Assembly: GCA_024695465.1 (NCBI GenBank) | Contig: JAILID010000154.1 | Location: 1,681 to 65,680 of the forward strand | DNA: 64,000 nt | DNA from: Lachnospiraceae bacterium | GTDB lineage: Bacteria > Bacillota > Clostridia > Lachnospirales > Lachnospiraceae | Direction of reading: 5' to 3' | Part shown: piece after piece, positions 49,500 to 60,054 of the stretch | Layout: the number at the start of each line of letters is the position of its first letter | Position numbering within the stretch: position 1 is the first letter of the stretch | Notes under the pieces: model-generated | What the model was told of the DNA's origin: nothing | Database searches by the model: none | What the model saw: only the letters and a program-made list of their open reading frames with translations | Made by a program: the position numbers and the translations under genes

Positions 49500-52004
49500 T
49501 CAGCCCAGCACCTCTTTGGCGATATCCGCGCTTTGCTTGGCGTCCTTCGCGTAGAAGTCGGCGCCTATTTTTTTTGCGTAATCGGGCGTCAGGACCGCGC
49601 CGCCGACCATGATCCGGCAGTCCGCGCCGGCAGCCCGGAGGCGGCGGATGGTCTCCTCCATGGAGCCGAGCGTCGTGGTCATGAGGGCGGAGAGGCCGAC
49701 GAGGCGGATCCCTTCCCGGAGAGTCGCCTCAACGATCGTATCAGGCGGGACGTCCCGGCCCAGATCGAGGACCTCGTAGCCGTAATTCTCCAAAATCACC
49801 TTCACGATATTTTTGCCGATATCGTGGATGTCGCCCTTGACGGTGGCGAGCAGGATTTTGCCTTTTGCGGCGCCCGTCCCCCCCGCGGAAAGAGAGGACT
49901 TGATCTCATCGAAGCACTCCTTCGCGACGTCTGCCGCGAGGATGAGCTGGGGCAGGAAGATCCTGCCTTTTTCAAACTTTTCTCCGACCGTATCAAGGGC
50001 GGGAATCAGGACCTTGTTAATGATGCTCATGGAATCGCATTCTTTCAGGTATCCGGCGGTCAGCCGGCGGCCTTCCGCCTTCATTCCGGTCTCCATGGCC
50101 TTCAGGATCTCCCGGACGCGCTTTTCGTCCGCAAGGCCGGCGCACTCGGGACAGCTGCAGCCGGCAGGGTGGAGCGGCGCTTTCCGGATATCGAGCGCGG
50201 GCACCCCGGCGGGAACGGCGGCGGGGGCTTTCGGGACGGAACCCGCAAGCTCCGCGCGGAGCTTTTTGACGATCACGTCGTCCGGCTCGTGGTCCCGGGA
50301 CCAGGAAATGAAACCCAGCGAGTTTTCATCGATCGCCGCGAGCGCCTTATAGGCCTTCATCGCCCACATCATCGAGGGGACGTTGGGGTTCATGATCGGG
50401 AGATCCAGGCCGGCGTAGAGGGCCATCGTGAAGAAGGAAGTGTTGATGCTCAGCCGGTTCGGCAGGCCGAAGGAGATGTTGGAGACCCCGAGGACAGTCT
50501 TAAGGCCCAGCTTTTCCTTCACCATGCGGACCGCCTTTAAGGTCTCCATCGCGGCCTTCTGCTCGGCGGAGACGGTGAGGACCAGACAGTCGATCAGGAT
50601 ATTTTCCTTTTTGATGCCAAAAGAGAGCGCCCGCTTCATGATTTTCTCCGCGATCGCGAAGCGTTCCTCCGCCTTGGGCGGGATCCCGTTTTCATCGAGC
50701 GTCAGGCAGACGACGGCGGCGCCGTATTTTTTGATGAGGGGGAGGATCGCGCGCAGGGAAGCCTCCTCGCCGTTGACCGAGTTGACAAGGGCCTTGCCGT
50801 TGTAGACCCGGAGGGCGGCTTCCAGGACTTCCGGTTTGGTGGAGTCGATCTGGAGCGGCAGGTCCGTGACGGATTGGAGGGCCTTGACGGTTTTCACCAT
50901 CATGCCCGCCTCATCGATTCCCGGGGCGCCGACGTTGACGTCGAGAAGATCCGCGCCGGCTTCGATCTGGGAGAAGGCCTGGGATAAGATGTAGTCCATG
51001 TCTTCCGCCGCGAGCGCCTCCCGGAAGCGTTTCTTGCCGGTCGGGTTGATCCGCTCGCCGATCACCCGGGGCTCCGAGATCCTGACCGTTTTCAGCGGGG
51101 TGCAGAGGGAGAGGACGGAATCCGGCGCCGCGTTCTGAAAGAGGCCTTCCTCTGAGGCTTCTTTGAGCATTTCCCTTAATTTTCCGATGTAGGAGGGATT
51201 GGTGCCGCAGCAGCCGCCGAGGATCCGCGCTCCGAAAGACAGCATCTTTTTGCAGACGGCGGCAAACTCCTCCGGGAGGACGTTGTAGGCGTTGGTCTCC
51301 GGGTCCGGAAGGCCGGCGTTCGGCTTTACGATGATCGGGAGGGAGGTCCAGCGGGCGATTTCCTCGACGATCGGGAGCAGTTCAGCCGGGCCGAGGGAGC
51401 AGTTGACGCCGAGCGCGTCGACCCCCAGGCCTTCCAGGGTCAGGCACATCGCGGAGACGGAGCAGCCGGTGAAGGTCCTCCTGTTTTCCTCGAAGGTCAT
51501 CGTCACGAAGACCGGGAGATCGGAATGCTCTTTCGCCGCCAGGACCGCGGCTTTGGCTTCATAGAGGTCGGTCATGGTCTCGATGACGATGAGATCCGCG
51601 CCGCGGCCGGCTTCAACGGTTTTCGAGAAGACCTCATAGGCCTCCTCGAAGGTCAGCGCGCCCGTGGGCTCTAATAGCTGTCCGATGGGTCCGATGTCCA
51701 GGGCGACGAAAGCGCCGCTGCCTTCGGCCGCCCTGCGGGCGTTTTGGATCGCGGCGCCGACCAGCTCCGGGACGGAATAGCCGCTGCCGGCCAGCTTCAG
51801 GGAGTTGGCCCCGAAAGTATTGGCGTAGATGACCCGGCTCCCTTCTCTGATGTATTGGCGGTGCACGTCGATCACCCAGTCCGGGTTTGTGACATTCAGC
51901 GTCTCCGGGATGGCTCCTAAGGGCATGCCCTTTTTCTGGAGCATGGTGCCCATGGCGCCGTCGAGGAGCAGGTATTCATTTTCAAAAAGATTTTTTATGT
52001 CCAT
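49500..52004 (-). CDS. metH: Methionine synthase (homocysteine S-methyltransferase + pterin-binding + B12-binding domains; no AdoMet reactivation domain)
   Basis: LLLDGAMGTMLQ for Hcy binding, a CCGTNP-type zinc site, a pterin barrel, and DxHxxG as GDIHDIGKNIV. AGGAGG lies upstream of the ATG at 52004. Confidence 0.93.
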   Translation of the reverse strand: MDIKNLFENEYLLLDGAMGTMLQKKGMPLGAIPETLNVTNPDWVIDVHRQYIREGSRVIYANTFGANSLKLAGSGYSVPELVGAAIQNARRAAEGSGAFVALDIGPIGQLLEPTGALTFEEAYEVFSKTVEAGRGADLIVIETMTDLYEAKAAVLAAKEHSDLPVFVTMTFEENRRTFTGCSVSAMCLTLEGLGVDALGVNCSLGPAELLPIVEEIARWTSLPIIVKPNAGLPDPETNAYNVLPEEFAAVCKKMLSFGARILGGCCGTNPSYIGKLREMLKEASEEGLFQNAAPDSVLSLCTPLKTVRISEPRVIGERINPTGKKRFREALAAEDMDYILSQAFSQIEAGADLLDVNVGAPGIDEAGMMVKTVKALQSVTDLPLQIDSTKPEVLEAALRVYNGKALVNSVNGEEASLRAILPLIKKYGAAVVCLTLDENGIPPKAEERFAIAEKIMKRALSFGIKKENILIDCLVLTVSAEQKAAMETLKAVRMVKEKLGLKTVLGVSNISFGLPNRLSINTSFFTMALYAGLDLPIMNPNVPSMMWAMKAYKALAAIDENSLGFISWSRDHEPDDVIVKKLRAELAGSVPKAPAAVPAGVPALDIRKAPLHPAGCSCPECAGLADEKRVREILKAMETGMKAEGRRLTAGYLKECDSMSIINKVLIPALDTVGEKFEKGRIFLPQLILAADVAKECFDEIKSSLSAGGTGAAKGKILLATVKGDIHDIGKNIVKVILENYGYEVLDLGRDVPPDTIVEATLREGIRLVGLSALMTTTLGSMEETIRRLRAAGADCRIMVGGAVLTPDYAKKIGADFYAKDAKQSADIAKEVLG

Positions 52005-52015
52005 TGGGGACCTCC

Positions 52016-52690
52016 TTAGCGGTAACAGGTGCCGCCATTTTGCCGGAAGCTGCACTTTCCGTCGAGGCTGCAGTCCCGGCAGGTTTTTTTCGCCTCCCCG
52101 CGCAGATTGCCGCCCGTCCCGATGAGGCAGGTGACGGATTTGGAAGGGGTCATGAGCATGCTTTCGTTGACGTAGAGACCGATGCGCTTTCTCGCGTCCA
52201 GGACCTCCAGCAGCTCCTTTTGGCCCTCGAGCGGGAGGTCACCGTAGCCGGGCGAGTAGCGGAAGGTGTGCGGATCCGGACCCAGGCGGGAGAAAATCCC
52301 GGCTTCGGCCGCGTCCAGGACCCGCTCGATTGCCTCGGAGGCCAGCGCGTCAACCATCATGGTTTCCGTCATGCCGAGGAAACGGGAGCGGCGGATCAGA
52401 AGATCCGTTCCGGAGCCTAAAGTGGCGGCCAGGAGGATGACGCGTTCGGCGCCGGCAAGGTGCCGGGCGATCGTCCCGCCCCGGGGCTGGTAGGCCGAGC
52501 CTTCCAGCAGGCCGCCGGCGAAGGGGAAGACGCGGTAGACATAGCGGGCGTCGATGACGGCAAGAAGGCGGGCTTTGCATTTTTCAAAAAGGGAAGCCAT
52601 GGCGGGATCCGCAAGCCCCTCCTTCAATCCGAGATAGCGGAGGGCGTCGCGTCCGTCCAGGCTGTTCAGCTTGACTTTGTATGCGTTCAT
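52016..52690 (-). CDS. Stand-alone methionine synthase activation-domain protein with Cys-rich tail
   Basis: SPGYGDLPLEGQKELLEVLDARKRIGLYVNESMLMTPSKSVTCLIG parallels the MetH AdoMet-domain motif. The C-terminus has CRDCSLDGKC...C. Confidence 0.8.
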   Translation of the reverse strand: MNAYKVKLNSLDGRDALRYLGLKEGLADPAMASLFEKCKARLLAVIDARYVYRVFPFAGGLLEGSAYQPRGGTIARHLAGAERVILLAATLGSGTDLLIRRSRFLGMTETMMVDALASEAIERVLDAAEAGIFSRLGPDPHTFRYSPGYGDLPLEGQKELLEVLDARKRIGLYVNESMLMTPSKSVTCLIGTGGNLRGEAKKTCRDCSLDGKCSFRQNGGTCYR

Positions 52691-52750
52691 AGGAAAACCT
52701 CACTGCCAATAGTATACACGATATCGGCTCCGGACGCCAGAGCTTGTGAG

Positions 52751-52792
52751 GAAAATGAAAACCTCCCGCAGCACTGTTTCTCCTGCGGGAGG
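52751..52792 (-). terminator. Rho-independent terminator of the activase gene (minus strand)
   Basis: cctcccgcag / ctgcgggagg. On the minus strand the stem is followed by ttttcatttt. Confidence 0.75.
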
Positions 52793-52798
52793 TTCTTC

Positions 52799-55700
52799 TT
52801 AGGCGTCTTTGTCAAGCTGCATCTTTTTTTCCGCTGTGGTCAGCATCAGCTTGATCCGGTTCAGCTGGTTGACTTCGGAGGCGCCCGGATCGTAATCGAC
52901 CGCGGCGATATTGGCCTCGGGGTAGCGCCGGCGGATCTCCTTGATGACCCCCTTGCCCACGATGTGGTTGGGCAGGCAGGCGAAAGGCTGGATGCAGACG
53001 ATGTTGGGGACGCCTGCGTTTATGAGCTCCAGCATCTCGCCGGTCAGGAACCAGCCTTCACCGGTCTGGTTGCCGGTCGAGACGATGGGGGAGGCCATCC
53101 TGGCCAGATCCGCGATGTCCGCCGAAGGGCTGAAATGCCTGCTCCGCTTGAATTCCCTGTTGGCCGTGGTCCGCAGGAGCTCGATGAGGCGGATCCCGGC
53201 GTTGGTCGCGATTTTGGAGGATTTGGAGAAGCCGAGGTTGTCCACCTTGAAGTTCAGGTTGTAGAACGAATAGTTGAAGAAGTCGATGAGGTCGGGAACG
53301 ACCGCTTCGGCGCCTTCCTTCTCCAGCAGCTCCACCAGGTGGTTGTTGGCCGCCGGGGAGAACTTGACCAGGATCTCGCCGACGATGCCGACCCGGGGCT
53401 TGACTTCGTTGGTTATCGGAAGGTTGTCGAAGTCATGGATGATGGAGCGGCAGAGGCGGTTGTACATAACCGGATTCTGCCTCTTCCCGGTGAGGAAGCT
53501 GATGCAGCGGGTCGTCCACTTCTCATAGAGGTCGTTGGCGGAGCCTTTAACCTTCTCATAAGGCCGCATCCGGTAGAGGCATTTCATGAGGATGTCCCCG
53601 AGCACGATGGAGTAGGCCAGCTTCACGATGGAATTCAGCGTGATCTTAAAGCCCGGCTGGGGCTCAAGCCCGCTTAAATTCAGGGAGATGACCGGAACCT
53701 GGCCGAGCCCGGCCTTCTTCAAGGCCCTCCTTATGAAGCCGATATAGTTGGAAGCCCGGCAGCCGCCGCCGGTCTGGGTCATGATGACCGCTACTTTATC
53801 CGTATCGTATTTGCCGGAAGTCAGCGCGTCCATGATCTGGCCCACGACGAGGAGCGAAGGATAGCAGGCGTCGTTGTTGACGTATTTGAGCCCGGTGTCG
53901 ACCGCGTGCCGGTTGTCGTTGGGCAGCACGACCATGTTGTAGCCGCAGGAATTGAAGGCCGGCTCCAGCAGGCGGAAATGGATCGGCGACATCTGGGGGC
54001 AGAGGATCGTGTAATCCTTCCGCATCTCGTCGGTGAAGACGACCCGGTCGAAACGGGAGGAACGGATCTTCCTCCTGGTCTTCTTATCCTTCCGGACCTT
54101 TATGGCCGCGATGAGGGAGCGGATCCGGATCCGGGCCGCGCCCAGGTTGTTCACCTCGTCGATCTTAAGGCAGGTGTAGATCTTCCCGCTGCCGGCCAGG
54201 AGCTCCTGGACCTCGTCGGTGGTGACCGCGTCGACCCCGCAGCCGAAGGAATTGAGCTGGATGATGTCCAGGTCGTCCCGTCCCTTTACGAAGTTGGCCG
54301 CCGCGTAGAGGCGGGTATGGTACATCCACTGGTCGTTGACCCGGATCGGCCTCTCGATGGTTCCGAGATGGGAGATCGAATCTTCCGAGAGGACCGCCAT
54401 CCCGTAGGAGTTGATGAGCTCCGGGATGCCGTGGTTGATCTCCGGGTCGATATGGTAGGGACGTCCGCACAGGACGATGCCGTGGCGCCCGGTCTCTTCC
54501 AGGTATTTGAGCGTCTCCTCGCCCTTCCGCCGGATATCCTCGCGGCTCCTGATGAGCTCAAGCCAGGCCTTTTGGGCGGCTTCCCGCACTTCATTTTCCG
54601 GAAGATCGGAGAAGATGTCCGCAAGGCGGTTCGTGATGACCTTCTCATTGGTCAGGGCCAGGAAGGGGTTCATGAAGCGGATGGAGGGGTCCTTCAGCGC
54701 TTCGACATTGTTCTTGATGTTCTCCGCGTAGGAGGTGACGATGGGGCAGTTGTAGTGGTTGACCGCTCCGTCGAACTCCTCCCGCTCGTAGGGGATGCAG
54801 GGGTAGAAAATGAACTTCACGCCCTTCTTCAGCAGCCACTCGACGTGGCCGTGGGCCAGCTTGGCCGGATAGCATTCGGATTCGCTCGGAATGGACTCGA
54901 TGCCCATCTCGTAGATCTTGCGGTTGGAGCTGGGGGAGAGGACCACTTCATAGCCCAGCTCGTTGAAGAAGGTGAACCAGAAGGGGTAGTTCTCGAACAT
55001 GTTCAGCACCCTGGGAAGGCCGACCTGTCCCCTCGGGGCCTCCTCTCCGTGCTTCGGGATGTAGCCGAAGATACGATCGTACTTGTAGTCGTAGAGGTTG
55101 GGGAGGTTGTCCTTGTTTTTCTTCTTTCCCAGGCCCCTTTCGCAGCGGTTGCCGGAGATGTAGCGGGTCCCGTTGCCGAATTTGTTGATCGTAAGGCGGC
55201 AGTTGTTGGTGCAGAGCCCGCAGCGGGTCATGGAGGTCGTGTAGGTGAAATTCTGCAGCTCCTCCCCGGAGAGCATGTGGGACCTGGCCCGGCTGCCCCG
55301 GCGTTCCCTGGCAATGAGCGCGGCCCCGAAGGCCCCCATGATGCCTGCGATGTCCGGGCGGATCACCTCGCAGTCCGCGATCCTTTCAAAGCTTCGGAGG
55401 ACGGCGTCGTTGTAGAAGGTCCCGCCCTGGACGACGATGTTCCTGCCGAGCTCGGATGCGCTGGAGACCTTGATGACCTTATAGAGGGCATTCTTGATGA
55501 CGGAATAGGCGAGCCCGGCGGAGATATCCGCTACGGTCGCCCCCTCCTTCTGGGCCTGCTTGACCTTGGAATTCATGAAAACGGTGCAGCGGGTCCCGAG
55601 GTCGATCGGATTTTGGGCAAAAAGGGCGGCTTTGGCGAAGTCCTGGACCGAATAATTCAGGGTCTTCGCGAAATTCTCGATAAAGGAGCCGCATCCGGAG

Positions 55701-57088
55701 GAGCAGGCCTCGTTCAGCATGACGTCGTCGACCGCCCGGTCCTTGATGCGGATGCACTTCATGTCCTGGCCCCCGATGTCGAGAATGCAGTCGACGTCCG
55801 GGTTGAAAAATCTGGCGGCATAGTAATGGGAGATGGTCTCCACTTCGCCTTCATCCAGGTTGAGGGCCGCCTTGATGAGGGCTTCCCCGTAGCCGGTGGA
55901 GCAGGAGCCCGCCAGATAGGCGGTCTTTGGGATGAGGGAGAAGATCTTCCTGACGGCGTCGAGGGAAGTCTGGAGGGGATTGCCGTTGTTGCTCCCGTAG
56001 GTCGAGTAGAGGAGGGTGCCGTCCTCCCCGATGAGGGCGGTCTTGGTTGTGGTGCTCCCCGCGTCGATGCCGAGGTAGACCCGTCCCCGGTAGGAGGAAA
56101 GGTCGCCCTTCTTTACCTGGTAGCGGTCCTGGCGGGCCTTGAAGAGCCGGTAGGCCTCCTCGTCCTTGAAGAGCGGCTCGAGGCGGGAGACTTCAAACTC
56201 CAGCTTGATCCCGCGGTCAAGCTTGTCCTTCAGCTGCTTCAGGGACGTCTTCTCCATGCCCTCGACATAGGGGATTTCTTTCGCCCGCGCCGTGCTTTTG
56301 GCCGCGTTCACCGCTTCGAAAGCGGCGCCCTGGGCCGCGAAGAGGTGGGAGTGGTCGGGGACCAGCGTATGCTCATCGTCGAGATCCAGGGTCTTTATAA
56401 AACGGACGCGCAGCTGGTCCAGGAAATGGAGAGGGCCGCCCAGAAAGGCGACATGGCCGCGGATGGGTTTGCCGCAGGCCAGGCCGGAGATGGTCTGGTT
56501 CACGACAGCCTGAAAGATGGAAGCGGCCAGGTCTTCCTTGGTCGCTCCCTCGTTGATGAGAGGCTGGATATCGGTTTTCGCGAAGACTCCGCAGCGGGCC
56601 GCGATCGGATAGATGGATTTATGGGAAGCGGCGTAGACGTTGAGGCCGGCCGCGTCGGTCTGCAGCAGATCCGCCATCTGGTCGATGAAGGAACCGGTGC
56701 CGCCCGCGCAGATCCCGTTCATGCGCTGCTCGATGTTGTCGCCTTCAAAATAGATGATTTTCGCGTCCTCGCCTCCGAGCTCGATGGCCACGTCCGCCGC
56801 CGGGCAGCGATGCTTAAGGCAGGTGGATACAGCGATAACCTCCTGGACGAACGGCACGCCCAGGTGCGTGGCCAGGGTCAGGCCGCCCGATCCGGTGATG
56901 GCGGGAGAGACGGAAAGGTCGCCGAGGCTTTCCAGCGCTTCTCCGATCAGGCTGGCACAGGTCTCCTGGATCTCGGCGTAGTGGCGCCGGTAATCCGAGA
57001 AGAGCAGGTTTTCATTTTCATCAAGCACGGCGATCTTGACGGTTGTGGAACCGATGTCGATGCCGAGCGTGCAAAACTTTTCACTCAT
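52799..57088 (-). CDS. Giant fusion: two BcrAD/BadFG-type (2-hydroxyacyl-CoA dehydratase activator) ATPase modules + HgdB/DUF2229-like dehydratase-related domains
   Basis: The acetate/sugar-kinase fold appears twice ([14 protein letters not shown] and [15 protein letters not shown]), followed by a ~750-aa C-terminal region typical of acyl-CoA dehydratase activase-related proteins. The ATG at 57088 lies behind GAGG. Confidence 0.85.
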   Translation of the reverse strand: MSEKFCTLGIDIGSTTVKIAVLDENENLLFSDYRRHYAEIQETCASLIGEALESLGDLSVSPAITGSGGLTLATHLGVPFVQEVIAVSTCLKHRCPAADVAIELGGEDAKIIYFEGDNIEQRMNGICAGGTGSFIDQMADLLQTDAAGLNVYAASHKSIYPIAARCGVFAKTDIQPLINEGATKEDLAASIFQAVVNQTISGLACGKPIRGHVAFLGGPLHFLDQLRVRFIKTLDLDDEHTLVPDHSHLFAAQGAAFEAVNAAKSTARAKEIPYVEGMEKTSLKQLKDKLDRGIKLEFEVSRLEPLFKDEEAYRLFKARQDRYQVKKGDLSSYRGRVYLGIDAGSTTTKTALIGEDGTLLYSTYGSNNGNPLQTSLDAVRKIFSLIPKTAYLAGSCSTGYGEALIKAALNLDEGEVETISHYYAARFFNPDVDCILDIGGQDMKCIRIKDRAVDDVMLNEACSSGCGSFIENFAKTLNYSVQDFAKAALFAQNPIDLGTRCTVFMNSKVKQAQKEGATVADISAGLAYSVIKNALYKVIKVSSASELGRNIVVQGGTFYNDAVLRSFERIADCEVIRPDIAGIMGAFGAALIARERRGSRARSHMLSGEELQNFTYTTSMTRCGLCTNNCRLTINKFGNGTRYISGNRCERGLGKKKNKDNLPNLYDYKYDRIFGYIPKHGEEAPRGQVGLPRVLNMFENYPFWFTFFNELGYEVVLSPSSNRKIYEMGIESIPSESECYPAKLAHGHVEWLLKKGVKFIFYPCIPYEREEFDGAVNHYNCPIVTSYAENIKNNVEALKDPSIRFMNPFLALTNEKVITNRLADIFSDLPENEVREAAQKAWLELIRSREDIRRKGEETLKYLEETGRHGIVLCGRPYHIDPEINHGIPELINSYGMAVLSEDSISHLGTIERPIRVNDQWMYHTRLYAAANFVKGRDDLDIIQLNSFGCGVDAVTTDEVQELLAGSGKIYTCLKIDEVNNLGAARIRIRSLIAAIKVRKDKKTRRKIRSSRFDRVVFTDEMRKDYTILCPQMSPIHFRLLEPAFNSCGYNMVVLPNDNRHAVDTGLKYVNNDACYPSLLVVGQIMDALTSGKYDTDKVAVIMTQTGGGCRASNYIGFIRRALKKAGLGQVPVISLNLSGLEPQPGFKITLNSIVKLAYSIVLGDILMKCLYRMRPYEKVKGSANDLYEKWTTRCISFLTGKRQNPVMYNRLCRSIIHDFDNLPITNEVKPRVGIVGEILVKFSPAANNHLVELLEKEGAEAVVPDLIDFFNYSFYNLNFKVDNLGFSKSSKIATNAGIRLIELLRTTANREFKRSRHFSPSADIADLARMASPIVSTGNQTGEGWFLTGEMLELINAGVPNIVCIQPFACLPNHIVGKGVIKEIRRRYPEANIAAVDYDPGASEVNQLNRIKLMLTTAEKKMQLDKDA

Positions 57089-57330
57089 AAAAGAACCTCT
57101 GAAAACACAATTTAAGGCGGGGTTGGAAGCCGCCATTTCGGATATTATAGTTCGGAATCGGGAAAATGACAAGCAACTTTTACGGAAGCTTGTATATTTG
57201 GCAAGCATTCCTTGTTTGCGCAAGGCGTATTTTATTGACTTTTCGGGGCGGCTGCGCTATTATAGGCCGGACAGTAAAAGGGACCGGGCCGCGGGCCGGA
57301 CCGCTGAGAGGGGGATGGATATTGAGGATC

Positions 57331-58062
57331 ATGGTACCTGTTTTCCTGGGAATCATCTGCGTCCTTTACGGCTTCTTCGTGCTGGGGGCCGCTTCGGGGA
57401 GCAGCTTCTGGCTGATCTGGCCGCTTTTGGGAGCCGGCTTTTTTGTGATGGCCGGGCTTTTTTATACCCGTTTTTTTGAGACGCATCGGGGGCCGGCCCT
57501 GGTCTTAGGCCTTCTCGCCGCGGCGGCGGTCCTGGCGCTCTTCCTTTTAAACGGCGTCATTCTGCGGCAGTTTCGCGCGCAGGGGGAGAAGGGGCTTGAT
57601 TACATCATCGTGCTCGGGGCCCAGGTCCGGGAGGGCGGCCCGAGCGCGATCCTGAAATACCGTCTGGATGAGGCTGCGGCCTATCTTTCGGAAAATGAAA
57701 ACACGCTCTGCATCCTTTCGGGCGGCCGGGGCGGCAACGAACCTTTCCCGGAGGCGGAAGGCATGTACGCCTACCTGGTCTCCTGCGGCATCGATGAGGG
57801 CCGTCTCATAAAAGAGGATCGTTCCCGGAACACGACGGAGAACATCGCGAACAGCCGGGAGCTGATGCGGGAGGGCTATCAAAACGTCGGCATTGTGACC
57901 AACAATTTTCACGCCGCAAGGGCCCTCCTCCTTGCGAAGGCGGCCGGACTTACGAATCCCTGCGCGCTGGCGGCGGATTCCAATGTCCTGTATCTTCCGA
58001 ATAATATGCTGCGGGAATGCCTGGCCCTCGTGAAGGATAAGCTGGCGGGGAATCTGGGCTGA
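57331..58062 (+). CDS. YdcF/DUF218 (ElyC/SanA-like) membrane protein
   Basis: There are N-terminal TM helices. The DUF218 core is YIIVLGAQV..GGPS..L..RL..A..Y........ILSGG.G and EAEGM. An alternative TTG start at 57322 lies behind GAGAGGGGGA. Confidence 0.8.
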   Translation: MVPVFLGIICVLYGFFVLGAASGSSFWLIWPLLGAGFFVMAGLFYTRFFETHRGPALVLGLLAAAAVLALFLLNGVILRQFRAQGEKGLDYIIVLGAQVREGGPSAILKYRLDEAAAYLSENENTLCILSGGRGGNEPFPEAEGMYAYLVSCGIDEGRLIKEDRSRNTTENIANSRELMREGYQNVGIVTNNFHAARALLLAKAAGLTNPCALAADSNVLYLPNNMLRECLALVKDKLAGNLG

Positions 58063-58084
58063 CCGGCGTAAGGGCGGTCCTTAA

Positions 58085-59236
<1,152 letters not shown>

Positions 59237-59313
59237 ATTTGCTCTTGTAAATCAGAAGAAAAGTATGTATGATAAGGACTACCTTTAAAATTTTTTTATT
59301 ACGGAGGTTTTTT

Positions 59314-59652
59314 ATGAAAGCTTTGTTACTCACAAGTGCTTCCAGCGGCGTTGGTTTTTCGATTGTCTATATGCTCGTGATCGTCGCCATCATGTATTTT
59401 CTCCTGATCCGTCCCCAGCGGAAGGAGCAGAAGAGGCTTACGGCCATGCTGGCCGATATGGCGGTCGGCGACAGCGTCGTCACGACAGGGGGCTTCTACG
59501 GAGTGGTGCTCGATATCACGGATGATGACGTCATCGTGGAGTTCGGCAACAACAAGAACTGCAGGATCCCGATGAGGAAGTCCGCGATCGCCGAGGTGGA
59601 GAAGGCAGATGCCGGCTATACCGCGGCAGCGGATACGGACGTTAAGAAGTAA
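59314..59652 (+). CDS. yajC: Preprotein translocase subunit YajC
   Basis: MYFLLIRPQRKEQKR...L..GD.VVT.GG..G. It sits in the tgt-yajC order, with a GGAGG RBS. Confidence 0.9.
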   Translation: MKALLLTSASSGVGFSIVYMLVIVAIMYFLLIRPQRKEQKRLTAMLADMAVGDSVVTTGGFYGVVLDITDDDVIVEFGNNKNCRIPMRKSAIAEVEKADAGYTAAADTDVKK

Positions 59653-59678
59653 GGCCTGCTCTTACACGGTATGTAATA

Positions 59679-59703
59679 AGACGGTCCTGGACCGTCTCTT
59701 TTT
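59679..59703 (+). terminator. Rho-independent terminator after yajC
   Basis: agacggt-cctgg-accgtct followed by cttttt. Confidence 0.75.
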
Positions 59704-59892
59704 ATGATATTGCCCGGTCTTCGAGTCTGGGCAGCGGTTCGTGCTTGTACGAAAACCGCTGTACAGACTCGCAAGACGCTAACAAAAACGAATCAAAAAA
59801 CCACGCGAAGTGAAACGAGCGGGGCGATTGATGAGTTTTTGTTAGGATTGCGGGAGAGCAAAGCGCGGAGCAATCCGTCGGGCAATATCATA
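59703..59892. other. 190-nt non-coding element of nested perfect inverted repeats (candidate structured RNA or miniature inverted-repeat element)
   Basis: The closing stem is tatgatattgcccg / cgggcaatatcata (14 bp). The internal helices are gtcttcgagtctgggcagcggtt / aaccgctgtacagactcgcaagac, ctaacaaaaac / gtttttgttag, and ggattgc / gcaatcc. No RBS-preceded ORF is present. Confidence 0.5.
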
Positions 59893-60054
59893 ACGGCATG
59901 GCGCCGGGCATGCTGGCATGCCAAGGCGCAGGCATACTTGACAACCTGATAAAAATGAGCAAGCAGGGCGACAGCCCGGATCGCGAATTTTTGCAGCGGC
60001 GCGGGAGCGCGAATTAAATTAGAAAAAGAAAGACAGCAAGGGGGAGAATAGAGA

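Noticed and set aside
49437-50540. 367-aa + strand ORF
   Set aside because: It is antisense to metH, whose DxHxxG, pterin and Hcy domains are clear on the minus strand. It is a GC-driven open frame.
52690-52799. SAM or cobalamin riboswitch upstream of the metH operon (minus strand)
   Set aside because: Once the activase terminator is subtracted, the spacer leaves only ~60 nt. That is too short for either riboswitch class, and no conserved riboswitch core was seen.
53906-57115. 1069-aa ORF on the + strand (and 52460-53677, 405 aa)
   Set aside because: Both are antisense to the 1429-aa activase gene, which has clear duplicated ATPase motifs. The antisense products are Asp/Gly/Val/Arg-rich with no recognisable domain.
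59703-59892. Retron msr-msd, IS-associated guide RNA or bridge RNA interpretation of the structured element
   Set aside because: No reverse transcriptase, transposase, recombinase or nuclease gene is adjacent; the flanking genes are yajC and serA. These specific assignments therefore cannot be supported.
59704-59949. 81-aa + strand ORF
   Set aside because: It has no Shine-Dalgarno and starts at the base after a terminator. Its sequence is dictated by nested inverted repeats, and its composition is unlike neighbouring proteins. It is treated as non-coding.
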